From: an uncultured Pseudomonadales bacterium
GTDB lineage: Bacteria; Pseudomonadota; Gammaproteobacteria; Pseudomonadales; Cellvibrionaceae
Direction of reading: 5' to 3'
Length of the DNA: 64,000 bases
Assembly (NCBI GenBank): GCA_947487765.1
Contig: CANKXO010000007.1
Span: forward strand, 22,180-86,179
The position numbers were made by a program, and so were the translations under genes. Below, piece by piece: positions 22,262 through 29,441 of the stretch. The notes below the pieces were generated by a model. That model made no database searches, was not told where the DNA came from, and saw only the letters and a program-made list of their open reading frames with translations. Positions within the stretch are counted from its first letter, which is position 1; every line of letters begins with the position of its first letter.

Positions 22262-23152
22262 ATGAAAAAAAATCATCTTGGTATTGATCATCCGCTTGTG
22301 GCTGTACGAGATATGGATAAAGCGAGTGAAGACTTCGCTCGCATAGGTTTTTTTATTAATCCACGCCATCATCATCCATGGGGTACTGATAATCACTTGT
22401 TGATGTTTCCTGAAAATTTTATTGAATTAATCAGTATTTATGATGACAGTAAGTTAGATTTAAAAAATGAGAAAGGCTTCGCGTTTGGACGCTTTATCAG
22501 TGATTCTATTGAGCGGCGAGAAGGCATTTCTCTCGTGGCGTTACACAGTGAAGATGCCCGTCAAGATCACCAGCTTATGAATGAGCGAGGCGTTGAAAAC
22601 CAAGGCATTGTCGATTTTCGTCGTGTGGCACATCGGCCTGATGGGACTGAAGAAGAAGCCGTTGTGTCTTTAGTCATGTTAGTGAACTCTAGTTGCCCGC
22701 CAGTCTCGAACTTTTTCTGCCATCAACATAAGCCGCATCTTGTTTGGGTTAAAGAATGGATGAATCACCCTAACGGTGCTAATGGTATTGCTGCTGTGAG
22801 TTATATTGCAGACAATCCAGCTGATTTTTTACCAAGGTTTGCAGGTATCTATGGTGAGGAAGCTGTCACTCTCGATAGCGATATATTGATAGCAAAAACT
22901 GACCGAGGTGTATTCGAAGTGTTAAGCCCTGATCGGGCTAATGATCGTTTCGCTGGTGTTGGTATTCCTGTAAGTGGAGCACAGCGTCCCAGTGGGGTCG
23001 CGATTAGAGTCAGTACACATTCAATGGCACAAGCTAAATCTCATTTAGATAAAAATCAGGTTATCTATATCGAGACTGATGATGGTGGCTTGCGTATTCC
23101 TGCTCATTACGCAGGCAATACAATTTTTGAAATTTACCCTGAGTCACTGTAG
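22262..23152 (+). CDS. VOC (glyoxalase-like) family protein
   Basis: 296 aa. The N-terminus LGIDHPLVAVRDMDKA... is typical of glyoxalase-like domain proteins. Function unknown. Confidence 0.6.
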   Translation: MKKNHLGIDHPLVAVRDMDKASEDFARIGFFINPRHHHPWGTDNHLLMFPENFIELISIYDDSKLDLKNEKGFAFGRFISDSIERREGISLVALHSEDARQDHQLMNERGVENQGIVDFRRVAHRPDGTEEEAVVSLVMLVNSSCPPVSNFFCHQHKPHLVWVKEWMNHPNGANGIAAVSYIADNPADFLPRFAGIYGEEAVTLDSDILIAKTDRGVFEVLSPDRANDRFAGVGIPVSGAQRPSGVAIRVSTHSMAQAKSHLDKNQVIYIETDDGGLRIPAHYAGNTIFEIYPESL

Positions 23153-23160
23153 GAGCGACT

Positions 23161-24333
23161 ATGTTGCCAATTTCCCAGGAAGATACGTTACACCAATTAA
23201 TGCGCGAGTGGCGACGTGATCTTCATGCTCACCCTGAAACCGCTTTTGAAGAGCATCGAACCTCTGCCAAAGTCATTGAATTGCTCAAGAGTTTTGGGCT
23301 GAATGTGAGTACAGGTTTGGCCACGACAGGTGTTGTGGCAACGCTTGAAGGCAAGCAGAAAAGTAATAAAGCTATTGGCTTAAGGGCAGATATGGATGCA
23401 CTTAATTTGCAGGAGTTAAATACCTTTTCACATTGTTCGAAACATAAAGGCAAGATGCACGGTTGCGGTCACGATGGCCATACAGCCATGTTATTAGGAG
23501 CTGCTAAATATCTTTCAGAGAATAGAGATTTTGCAGGTACTGTCGTTTTTATTTTCCAGCCTGCTGAAGAAGGGGGGGCTGGCGCTAAGGTCATGTGTGA
23601 ACAGGGGCTGTTTGAACAATTTCCTGTCGATGCTGTTTATGGCATGCATAATTGGCCAGGACTTGATGCCGGCTGTTTTGCTGTTAATTCAGGGCCAGTG
23701 ATGGCAGCTACCGACATATTTGATATTACAATTACGGGTAAAGGCTGTCATGCGGGTATGCCAAACATGGGGGTGGACCCTGTGGTAGTGGCAGCACAAT
23801 TAATCAGTGCTTTGCAAAGTATCATTAGTCGTACCCTCGACCCCCTTGAATCCGGTGTCGTCAGTGTGACTCAAATGCGCGGCGGCAACGCTTATAATGT
23901 TGTACCTGATAGCGTGACGTTATCAGGCACTTGCAGAACATTTTCTGACGATGTGCAAAAACTGATTGAAGAAAAAATACGAAGGCAAGTTCAAAGTCTA
24001 TGTCATGCCTTTGATGCAGAAGGCGTATTAGATTATCGACGTGTTTATCCTTCTACGGTTAATGATAAAACGCATGCGGGCATATGTGCTGATGTGGCAG
24101 ACTCGTTAGTTGGTAGTGATTATGTCAAGCGCGATTTACCTCCTAGTATGGGTGCGGAAGATTTTTCATTTATGTTACAGCAACGGCCAGGCGCATATCT
24201 CTGGCTTGGTAACGGCTCTAGGGATGACGGTAAAGGTTTGCATAATCCTTATTATGATTTTAATGACGAAGTGCTTTCTTTAGGTGCAAACTTTTGGATT
24301 AAGCTTGTGCAATCACAATTAATGTCAGGCTAG
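23161..24333 (+). CDS. M20 family amidohydrolase (hippurate hydrolase / N-acyl-amino-acid amidohydrolase type)
   Basis: A metal-site region MHGCGHDGHTAMLLGAA and ...FIFQPAEEGGAGA... are present. 390 aa. Confidence 0.88.
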   Translation: MLPISQEDTLHQLMREWRRDLHAHPETAFEEHRTSAKVIELLKSFGLNVSTGLATTGVVATLEGKQKSNKAIGLRADMDALNLQELNTFSHCSKHKGKMHGCGHDGHTAMLLGAAKYLSENRDFAGTVVFIFQPAEEGGAGAKVMCEQGLFEQFPVDAVYGMHNWPGLDAGCFAVNSGPVMAATDIFDITITGKGCHAGMPNMGVDPVVVAAQLISALQSIISRTLDPLESGVVSVTQMRGGNAYNVVPDSVTLSGTCRTFSDDVQKLIEEKIRRQVQSLCHAFDAEGVLDYRRVYPSTVNDKTHAGICADVADSLVGSDYVKRDLPPSMGAEDFSFMLQQRPGAYLWLGNGSRDDGKGLHNPYYDFNDEVLSLGANFWIKLVQSQLMSG

Positions 24334-24356
24334 TGATAGCTTAGGCGCTAAAAAAT

Positions 24357-25265
24357 ATGAAAGAAATTAATGAGAAGCGAGTCGCTTATCTTTACGAAGC
24401 CGTGACAATGGGGACTATTCGTGCCGCAGCAGATAAGCTAAATGTTGCGCCTTCAGCTGTCAGTCGTCAAATAACATTATTGGAAGAAGAGCTCGCCAGT
24501 ACCTTGATTGAGCGTCACCGTAAGGGTGTCACAGCAACGGAGGCGGGTGAAGTCATTTTACGTTTTTATCGCGAAGCACTTTCCAGCGAAGAAACCTGCA
24601 TTTCTAAACTACAAGCATTACAAGGCCTGCAAAGCGGTCACATTAAATTAGCGATAGGCGAAGGCTTTGTGGGTGATTTAATGTCGGGCCCTCTACCTGA
24701 ATTTTCTCGACGGTATCCCTCGCTAACCTTATCGATTAGTATGGCGGGATCGAATGAAGTGATCCGCAAAGTAGAAGAGGATGAAGCTCATATCGGTTTA
24801 TTGTTTCATCCTGCATCACATCCGAATATTCGTTCTCAAGTTATCAGCTCTCAACCCATTTGTGCGATTGTCTCTCCAGAGCATGTATTGGCAAATAGGG
24901 CTAGTGCAATTACATTGGAAGAGCTGCTGGAATATCCCGTTGCATTACTCGAATCTCAATATGGTGTACGGCAATTACTAGGCATGGCCGAATTTAAGGA
25001 ACGTATTCGTTTCCGACCAATAGTAACTTCAGATTCAATTGCTGTTTTAAAATTTTTTGTGCGTTCTAATATGGGATTCGCCTTTCTTCCTGAATTTGTG
25101 GTGGCAAAAGAAATTGAAGATCAACAGTTAGTTGCAATTAAAATAGATCAAGAAATATTGGCTGGTGGCGAGGCGCATATGATTACTCGTTTAGGTCGTC
25201 AGCTTTCGGAAGGGCCACATTGTTTATTAGAGCATTTGAGAGCTTGGATGAAGGCATTTAGTTGA
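24357..25265 (+). CDS. LysR family transcriptional regulator
   Basis: An N-terminal wHTH (...GTIRAAADKLNVAPSAVSRQITLLEEEL...) is followed by a LysR substrate-binding domain. 302 aa. Confidence 0.9.
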   Translation: MKEINEKRVAYLYEAVTMGTIRAAADKLNVAPSAVSRQITLLEEELASTLIERHRKGVTATEAGEVILRFYREALSSEETCISKLQALQGLQSGHIKLAIGEGFVGDLMSGPLPEFSRRYPSLTLSISMAGSNEVIRKVEEDEAHIGLLFHPASHPNIRSQVISSQPICAIVSPEHVLANRASAITLEELLEYPVALLESQYGVRQLLGMAEFKERIRFRPIVTSDSIAVLKFFVRSNMGFAFLPEFVVAKEIEDQQLVAIKIDQEILAGGEAHMITRLGRQLSEGPHCLLEHLRAWMKAFS

Positions 25266-25518
25266 GGCTTTCAAAAATATATCGCTATATTTTGTATAAA
25301 TAATAAAAATAAGCTTGAAATTTATCGTTACAAGCCTAGAATGCACATCAAATTAATTAATGCAGAGACTTTATCTTTGAAGCATTTACTCATATTTACA
25401 AATTACAGCATCGCTTCTGGGGCCGATAGTGCCCAAGAGATACGCTGTGCGTCAATATAACCTGTCTAAGTAAATATAGCTGGCAGGTTTAGCCTTCCAG
25501 TTTTAAAAAGTTATTAAA

Positions 25519-25553
25519 AACCCGGAAGGCATAACTGCTTTTCGGGTTTTTTT
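25519..25553 (+). terminator. Terminator-like hairpin + T7 run (copy 1 of a repeated module)
   Basis: AACCCG (25519-25524) pairs with CGGGTT (25543-25548), followed by a run of 7 T. The string CGGGTTTTTTTATGCCC recurs at 26150-26166. Confidence 0.55.
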
Positions 25554-26128
25554 ATGCCCGAGTTTTAAAAGTAAATGATGAGAGTAATTAGAACTTTGCT
25601 CTTATAAAGTTGTTGGTAGTTGCAATTTTGACAAATGCATAAAAATAGGAGAGTTATTATTGAAAGTTAATCAGAGGCTTAGATCGTTTATTTATAGATG
25701 AATAGTGTCATTCCACGAGTAGGGAAAATTTATTTTACAGATAAGTTTTCCTCGCTAAATTATTGTCGAATTTTTGTGAATATAGCCGCAATGGCATCGC
25801 TCGCCTATTGATTGCTAATACAATATAACTTATTGATATATAGATATTATTTCAAAAAATACTATGCCTTGTTTTAATTTTTATTACGGGCTATTGTTTA
25901 AAAAGATTTACGAAACAACACATCCAAGTGTTAACAAAAAAGAGATTTAACCATGAACCGATTACTCGGAATAAATAACCATCATACAGCTTCAGAGTGG
26001 CCATTAAAGAGTCAGCTGCTGCCGTTTAGTAATTGTTATCGTCAAAATCAAGGCGATATGAGTTTAGAGATGTAATTTGCACTTTCCTTACCGGAAGGCT
26101 GCAAGGCCAACCGGATACGTTTTTTTGA

Positions 26129-26160
26129 AACCCGATTGGCTTTGCTTATCGGGTTTTTTT
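26129..26160 (+). terminator. Terminator-like hairpin + T7 run (copy 2)
   Basis: AACCCGAT (26129-26136) pairs with ATCGGGTT (26148-26155), followed by a run of 7 T. Confidence 0.55.
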
Positions 26161-26193
26161 ATGCCCTTCATGGATGAAGGGTACATCGAAAAT

Positions 26194-26243
26194 GCAGGTC
26201 GGCTTTTGCTCCTGCAAAACCGACATTCACGCCATCCATGGCG
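26194..26243 (+). repeat. Conserved ~50-nt two-hairpin module, copy A (loops GCTCCTGC and ATCCAT)
   Basis: GCAGGTCGGCTTTTGCTCCTGCAAAACCGACATTCACGCCATCCATGGCG aligns with 27383-27429. Shared blocks are GCAGGT, GCTCCTGCAAAACC, CATTC and CCATCCATGG. The stems differ but stay paired. Confidence 0.7.
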
Positions 26244-26498
26244 CTTGAGCAATTTTTTGAGTGCCCAAAGATGGAAGATGAACCCATAACGCTCGAGAAC
26301 CTTTCGAGTATTAAAGGATTAATTTTACATGGCAGTATTTTAGGAAGTTACTCCACAAGGATGTTTTTTAATAGTGCAATGCCCACTTACACGGCATTAG
26401 TTTTTTAACAATTTGGTCGCTTTTTCCGGCATATAAGAAAGGTAAATACATTCTCGGTAATCTCGATGAGTCGTATTTTTTACTTATATGCCAAGTAT

Positions 26499-26653
26499 GC
26501 CCCTATCGTCTAGTTGGATAGGACGCTGGGTTTTCAATTCAGTAACGTCGGTTCGCCGCAAGCGGACCGGTCCAAAGTTATAAACTTTGGCCGTTCAAGA
26601 AACGCAAAGCATGCTTTGCTTAACATGTTTCTTTCACCCATCTAGGGGCACCA
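26499..26653 (+). tRNA. tRNA-Glu(UUC)-like gene interrupted by an ~85-nt structured insert in or after the T arm
   Basis: The 5' part is canonical: GCCCCTA-TC-GTCT-AGTTGGATA-GGAC-G-CTGGG-TTTTCAA-TTCAG-TAAC-GTCGG-TTCG. The 3' end TAGGGGC-A-CCA pairs perfectly with the 5' acceptor strand. The intervening sequence forms hairpins CCGC/GCGG, CCAAAGTT/AACTTTGG, and AAGAAAC..GCAAAGC/GCTTTGC..GTTTCTT. Confidence 0.6.
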
Positions 26654-26663
26654 ATAATTTGTT

Positions 26664-26740
26664 ACGTCGATAGCTTAACTGGCAAAAGCTCTGGCCTCCA
26701 AAACCAGGCGATGTAGGTTCGAACCCTACTCGGCGTGCCA
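26664..26740 (+). tRNA. tRNA-Trp (anticodon CCA)
   Basis: Hand-folded cloverleaf. Acceptor ACGTCGA/TCGGCGT, D stem GCTT/AAGC, anticodon loop CTCCAAA, T arm GTAGG-TTCGAAC-CCTAC, then G-CCA encoded. Confidence 0.85.
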
Positions 26741-26749
26741 AACATAAAT

Positions 26750-26909
26750 GCAGTGATAGCCCCAATAGATCGGCAGATTTTTGTTTCATTGAAGATCAGG
26801 AGAGTGCTGGTTCGACAGCTTTGTAGGAGCAAAAGTTGGACGCTTGTATAGGCGGTCGAGAAGCGATTATGCACAAGGATGTGTATAACAATTCCGGCTC
26901 ACTGCACCA
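26750..26909 (+). tRNA. tRNA-like gene, anticodon undetermined, with a ~72-nt four-hairpin insert in the T loop
   Basis: The acceptor GCAGTGA/TCACTGC is perfect, followed by A-CCA. T stem GCTGG (26806-26810)/CCGGC (26894-26898), with TTCGA then the insert from 26816. The anticodon arm is a 7-bp stem (GATTTTT/GAAGATC) with an 8-nt loop GTTTCATT. Confidence 0.55.
26819..26888 (+). repeat. Four-hairpin insert module, copy 1 (inside the T loop of the 26750 gene)
   Basis: P1 CTTT-GTAGGAGC-AAAG; P2 CGCTT-GTAT-AGGCG; P3 GTCG-AGAAG-CGAT; P4 TATGCACA-AGGA-TGTGTATA. Order and spacing match 29484-29551, with compensatory stem changes. Confidence 0.75.
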
Positions 26910-26916
26910 GTTTTAT

Positions 26917-26993
26917 TTCGGTGTGAAGCAGAGTGGTAATGCGCCTGACTGTTAATCAGGAGTTCGTTGGTTCGACCCTAGCCGCCGGAGCCA
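26917..26993 (+). tRNA. tRNA-Asn (anticodon GUU)
   Basis: Acceptor TTCGGTG/CGCCGGA (with G-U pairs), anticodon arm CCTGA-CTGTTAA-TCAGG, T arm GTTGG-TTCGACC-CTAGC, then G-CCA. Confidence 0.8.
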
Positions 26994-27001
26994 ATTTTAT
27001 T

Positions 27002-27083
27002 GAGGGTGTTGAGCAGGTGGTGAGCTCAGCGGACTGTAAATTCGCCGGAAACTATGTAGGTTCGATTCCTTCCACCCTCACCA
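27002..27083 (+). tRNA. tRNA-Tyr (anticodon GUA)
   Basis: Acceptor GAGGGTG/CACCCTC, D stem GAGC/GCTC, anticodon arm GCGGA-CTGTAAA-TTCGC, a 10-nt variable region, T loop TTCGATT, then A-CCA. Confidence 0.85.
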
Positions 27084-27090
27084 AATTTCC

Positions 27091-27168
27091 GGGCCAATAG
27101 CATAATCGGTAAATGCCCCGGCCTCATAAGCCGGAGAAGGAGCGGTTCGAATCCGCCTTGGCCTACCA
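27091..27168 (+). tRNA. tRNA with CAU anticodon (elongator Met or lysidine-dependent Ile2)
   Basis: Acceptor GGGCCAA/TTGGCCT, D stem GCAT/ATGC, anticodon arm CCGGC-CTCATAA-GCCGG, T loop TTCGAAT, then A-CCA. Confidence 0.8.
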
Positions 27169-27186
27169 ATTAAATGATTAGTTAAT

Positions 27187-27261
27187 AGCGGTGTTGAGCA
27201 ATGGCTGCTTTCGGGTTTCATATGCCCGAGCTTGTTGGTTCGATTCCAACCACCGCAACCA
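27187..27261 (+). tRNA. tRNA with CAU anticodon, initiator-like features
   Basis: Positions 1-72 are unpaired (A.A) above the 6-bp stem GCGGTG/CACCGC. The 3' end CACCGCAACCA resembles the fMet end CCCCGCAACCA. The anticodon stem CGGGT/GCCCG carries three consecutive G-C pairs, and the loop is TTCATAT. Confidence 0.75.
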
Positions 27262-27265
27262 AATT

Positions 27266-27356
27266 GGAAGTGTGGCCGAGTGGTAAGGCAGCGGATTGCT
27301 AATCCGTACAGTGATAAATCGTTGCTGCATGAGTTCGAATCTCATCACTTCCTCCA
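27266..27356 (+). tRNA. tRNA-Ser (anticodon GCU), type II
   Basis: Acceptor GGAAGTG/CACTTCC, anticodon arm GCGGA-TTGCTAA-TCCGT, a long variable arm, T arm ATGAG-TTCGAAT-CTCAT, then T-CCA. Confidence 0.85.
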
Positions 27357-27382
27357 AAATACTCCGGTGATGCAATTGGAAG

Positions 27383-27483
27383 GCAGGTTAAGGCTCCTGC
27401 AAAACCTGCATTCCCACCATCCATGGTGGTCACATAGCCCACTTAAAATCGGTTTGTTGCGAGTTCGACTCTCGCCGTCTGCA
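27383..27483 (+). tRNA. tRNA-like gene (anticodon loop CTTAAAA = UAA, Leu-type) carrying the two-hairpin module in its 5' (D-arm) region
   Basis: The T arm GCGAG-TTCGACT-CTCGC is canonical. The 3' acceptor strand CGTCTGC-A pairs with GCAGGT at 27383. The anticodon arm is GCCCA-CTTAAAA-TCGGT (4 of 5 bp), and there is no encoded CCA (TCA instead). An alternative outer pairing is TGATGCA (27368-27374)/TGCATCA (27480-27486). Confidence 0.4.
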
Positions 27484-27492
27484 TCAGTTTTT

Positions 27493-27565
27493 CGTGAGGT
27501 AATTCAATTAGCAGAATGCGATTTTCATAAAATCGGCGATAGTGGTGCAAGTCCACTCTTCACGA
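27493..27565 (+). tRNA. tRNA with CAU anticodon, non-consensus T loop
   Basis: Acceptor CGTGAGG/CTTCACG, D stem ATTC/GAAT, anticodon arm CGATT-TTCATAA-AATCG. The T arm AGTGG-TGCAAGT-CCACT has G instead of T at position 55. The 3' end is A-CCG, so CCA is incomplete. Confidence 0.7.
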
Positions 27566-27574
27566 CCGGTTAAT

Positions 27575-27648
27575 AGCAGCGTGGTGTAACGGTAACACAC
27601 CGGACTTTGACTTCGGTATTTCAGGTTCGAATCCTGGCGCTGTTGCCA
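27575..27648 (+). tRNA. tRNA-Gln (anticodon UUG)
   Basis: Acceptor AGCAGCG/CGCTGTT, D stem GTGT/ACAC, anticodon arm CCGGA-CTTTGAC-TTCGG, T arm TCAGG-TTCGAAT-CCTGG, then G-CCA. Confidence 0.85.
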
Positions 27649-27688
27649 AATAGTATGTTGAGTAGGGTTCTAAAAATATTTAATTTTT

Positions 27689-27763
27689 GTGCGAGTGGCA
27701 GAATGATGATGCGCGGAACTGCAACTTCCGTTTACGCCGGTTTGATTCCGGCCTCGCACTCCA
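27689..27763 (+). tRNA. tRNA-Cys (anticodon GCA)
   Basis: Acceptor GTGCGAG/CTCGCAC, anticodon arm CGGAA-CTGCAAC-TTCCG. The T arm GCCGG-TTTGATT-CCGGC has T rather than C at position 56. Ends T-CCA. Confidence 0.8.
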
Positions 27764-27769
27764 AATTTT

Positions 27770-27914
27770 CTGGATATAGCACAGCCTAGTAGCGTGTTGG
27801 GTTTAACTAAAATACATCCAAGTATTTTGCCCTTCGGGTTCTTCGAAGTTCAAAACGTTCCAGACGTTTTGTGGAGCTCAAAGTTTGTGGGTTCAAACCC
27901 TGCTATCCAGACCA
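27770..27914 (+). tRNA. tRNA-like gene, anticodon undetermined, with ~70 extra nt between the anticodon region and the T arm
   Basis: The acceptor CTGGATA/TATCCAG is perfect, followed by A-CCA. D stem GCAC/GTGT and T arm GTGGG-TTCAAAC-CCTGC are present. The interior holds hairpins AAAACGT-TCCAG-ACGTTTT and TTTG-TGGAGCT-CAAA, the latter resembling the GYAGGAGC hairpin. Confidence 0.5.
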
Positions 27915-27926
27915 ATTAATTTAAAC

Positions 27927-28000
27927 GCGGTGTTGACCGAATGGTTAGGTACCTGCCTTCCAAGCAGAGGAAATGGGTTCGATTCCCATACACCGCTCCA
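27927..28000 (+). tRNA. tRNA-Gly (anticodon UCC)
   Basis: Acceptor GCGGTGT/ACACCGC, anticodon stem CTGC/GCAG with loop CTTCCAA, T arm ATGGG-TTCGATT-CCCAT, then T-CCA. Confidence 0.85.
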
Positions 28001-28008
28001 AAATTTAA

Positions 28009-28082
28009 TGAAGGTTGGCTTAGTGGCTGAGCACCGGACTTTTAATCCGGCTAGATGGGTTCGATCCCCATACCTTCAACCA
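28009..28082 (+). tRNA. tRNA-Lys (anticodon UUU)
   Basis: Acceptor TGAAGGT/ACCTTCA, D stem GCTT/GAGC, anticodon arm CCGGA-CTTTTAA-TCCGG, T arm ATGGG-TTCGATC-CCCAT, then A-CCA. Confidence 0.88.
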
Positions 28083-28115
28083 ATTACAATAAAACAACTA
28101 AAAGGAGATCGTATT

Positions 28116-29312
28116 ATGGCGATTAAAAAAGTATTGGCGCCGCATAAAGATCAGCGGTTGCCTGTAAAAATTTGGACGGATGATATTGATTACAGCACGC
28201 AGGCTCAGTTGAGTCGTGTAGCGAACTTACCATTCGTTTATAAGCATGTAGCAGCGATGCCTGATGTACATCTCGGAAAAGGCGCCACTGTTGGTTCAGT
28301 GATTGCAACCGATAAAGCTATTATCCCTGCAGCTGTGGGTGTGGATATTGGATGTGGAATGAATGCAGTGAGATTATCTATTAAAGCAAAAGATTTGCCT
28401 GATAGCCTAAAATTGATTCGAAACGGAATTGAATCAGTTGTACCTTTAGGTCCCGGAGGTCAACATCGTGACCCCAAAATTGCTGGTGGTCATGATATAT
28501 CAATGCGTCTATGTACTATTTTTGAAAAACACCCGAAGTTAAGTAAGCGCGTTAAAGTGAATGGGTTTGCGAAACAATTAGGAACGCTGGGCTCAGGAAA
28601 TCATTTCATTGAATTATGTTTAGATGAAAATGATGACGTGTGGATTATGTTGCATTCAGGGAGTCGTGGAGTTGGCAATAAAATCGGTATGTACTTTATC
28701 GAAATTGCTAAACGAGAAATGGAAAAATGGATGATTCACTTACCTGATAAAGACTTGGCTTATCTATCTGAAGGGTCAGAATATTATGATGACTATATTG
28801 AAGCAGTTTCTTGGGGGCAAGATTATGCGGCATTGAATCGCACGCATATGATGAATGCAGTAATGCTAGAACTACGTAAGTATTTACCTGCGTTTACAAT
28901 CACACAAGAGGCTATCAATTGCCACCATAATTATGTTGAAAAGGAAAATCATTACGGCAAAAACGTATGGGTAACGCGTAAAGGCGCAATCCGTGCGAGA
29001 AAGGATGATCTTGGTATTATTCCCGGGTCCATGGGTGATAAAAGTTTTATTGTTCGTGGTAAAGGTGAATCTGAATCATTTTGTTCTTGTTCCCATGGTG
29101 CGGGTCGACGATTGAGTCGTACTGCAGCTGCAAAAACTTTTTCCGTTGCTGATCTCGTATCAGCTACTGAAGGAATAGAATGTCGTAAAGACAGGGGTGT
29201 CATTGATGAAATTCCAATGGCATATAAGCCTATCGATAGCGTGATGGATAACCAAACTGATCTAGTGGATATAGTTCATACACTTCGACAAGTCGTCAAT
29301 GTAAAAGGCTAG
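28116..29312 (+). CDS. rtcB: RNA-splicing ligase RtcB (copy 1)
   Basis: The start was moved to the ATG at 28116, which has the RBS AAGGAG 8 nt upstream. The track ORF start at 27885 runs through three tRNA genes. RtcB motifs are present: GVDIGCGMN, GSGNHFIE, HSGSRGVGN, CHHNY, PGSMGDKS, SCSHGAGR. Confidence 0.93.
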   Translation: MAIKKVLAPHKDQRLPVKIWTDDIDYSTQAQLSRVANLPFVYKHVAAMPDVHLGKGATVGSVIATDKAIIPAAVGVDIGCGMNAVRLSIKAKDLPDSLKLIRNGIESVVPLGPGGQHRDPKIAGGHDISMRLCTIFEKHPKLSKRVKVNGFAKQLGTLGSGNHFIELCLDENDDVWIMLHSGSRGVGNKIGMYFIEIAKREMEKWMIHLPDKDLAYLSEGSEYYDDYIEAVSWGQDYAALNRTHMMNAVMLELRKYLPAFTITQEAINCHHNYVEKENHYGKNVWVTRKGAIRARKDDLGIIPGSMGDKSFIVRGKGESESFCSCSHGAGRRLSRTAAAKTFSVADLVSATEGIECRKDRGVIDEIPMAYKPIDSVMDNQTDLVDIVHTLRQVVNVKG

Positions 29313-29358
29313 AAAGGACTTAGCCTTTTCTTTCACCTCTTTCCTCATTTTTAATTTA

Positions 29359-29432
29359 GCCCAATTGGCATAGTGGTCGTGCAGCTGCTTTGTAAGCAGC
29401 AGAGACAGGTTCAATTCCTGTATTGGGCTCCA
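29359..29432 (+). tRNA. tRNA-Thr (anticodon UGU)
   Basis: Acceptor GCCCAAT/ATTGGGC, D stem GCAT/GTGC, anticodon arm GCTGC-TTTGTAA-GCAGC, T arm ACAGG-TTCAATT-CCTGT, then T-CCA. Confidence 0.85.
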
Positions 29433-29441
29433 GTTTACATC

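Noticed and set aside
26077-27789. Track ORFs overlapping the tRNA array (26077..26289+, 26662..26874-, 27178..27375-, 27232..27573+, 27607..27789+) and the N-terminal 77 codons of ORF 27885..29312
   Set aside because: They run straight through well-folded tRNA genes on either strand. They have no RBS and an odd amino-acid composition. The RtcB reading frame has a proper ATG and AAGGAG at 28116.
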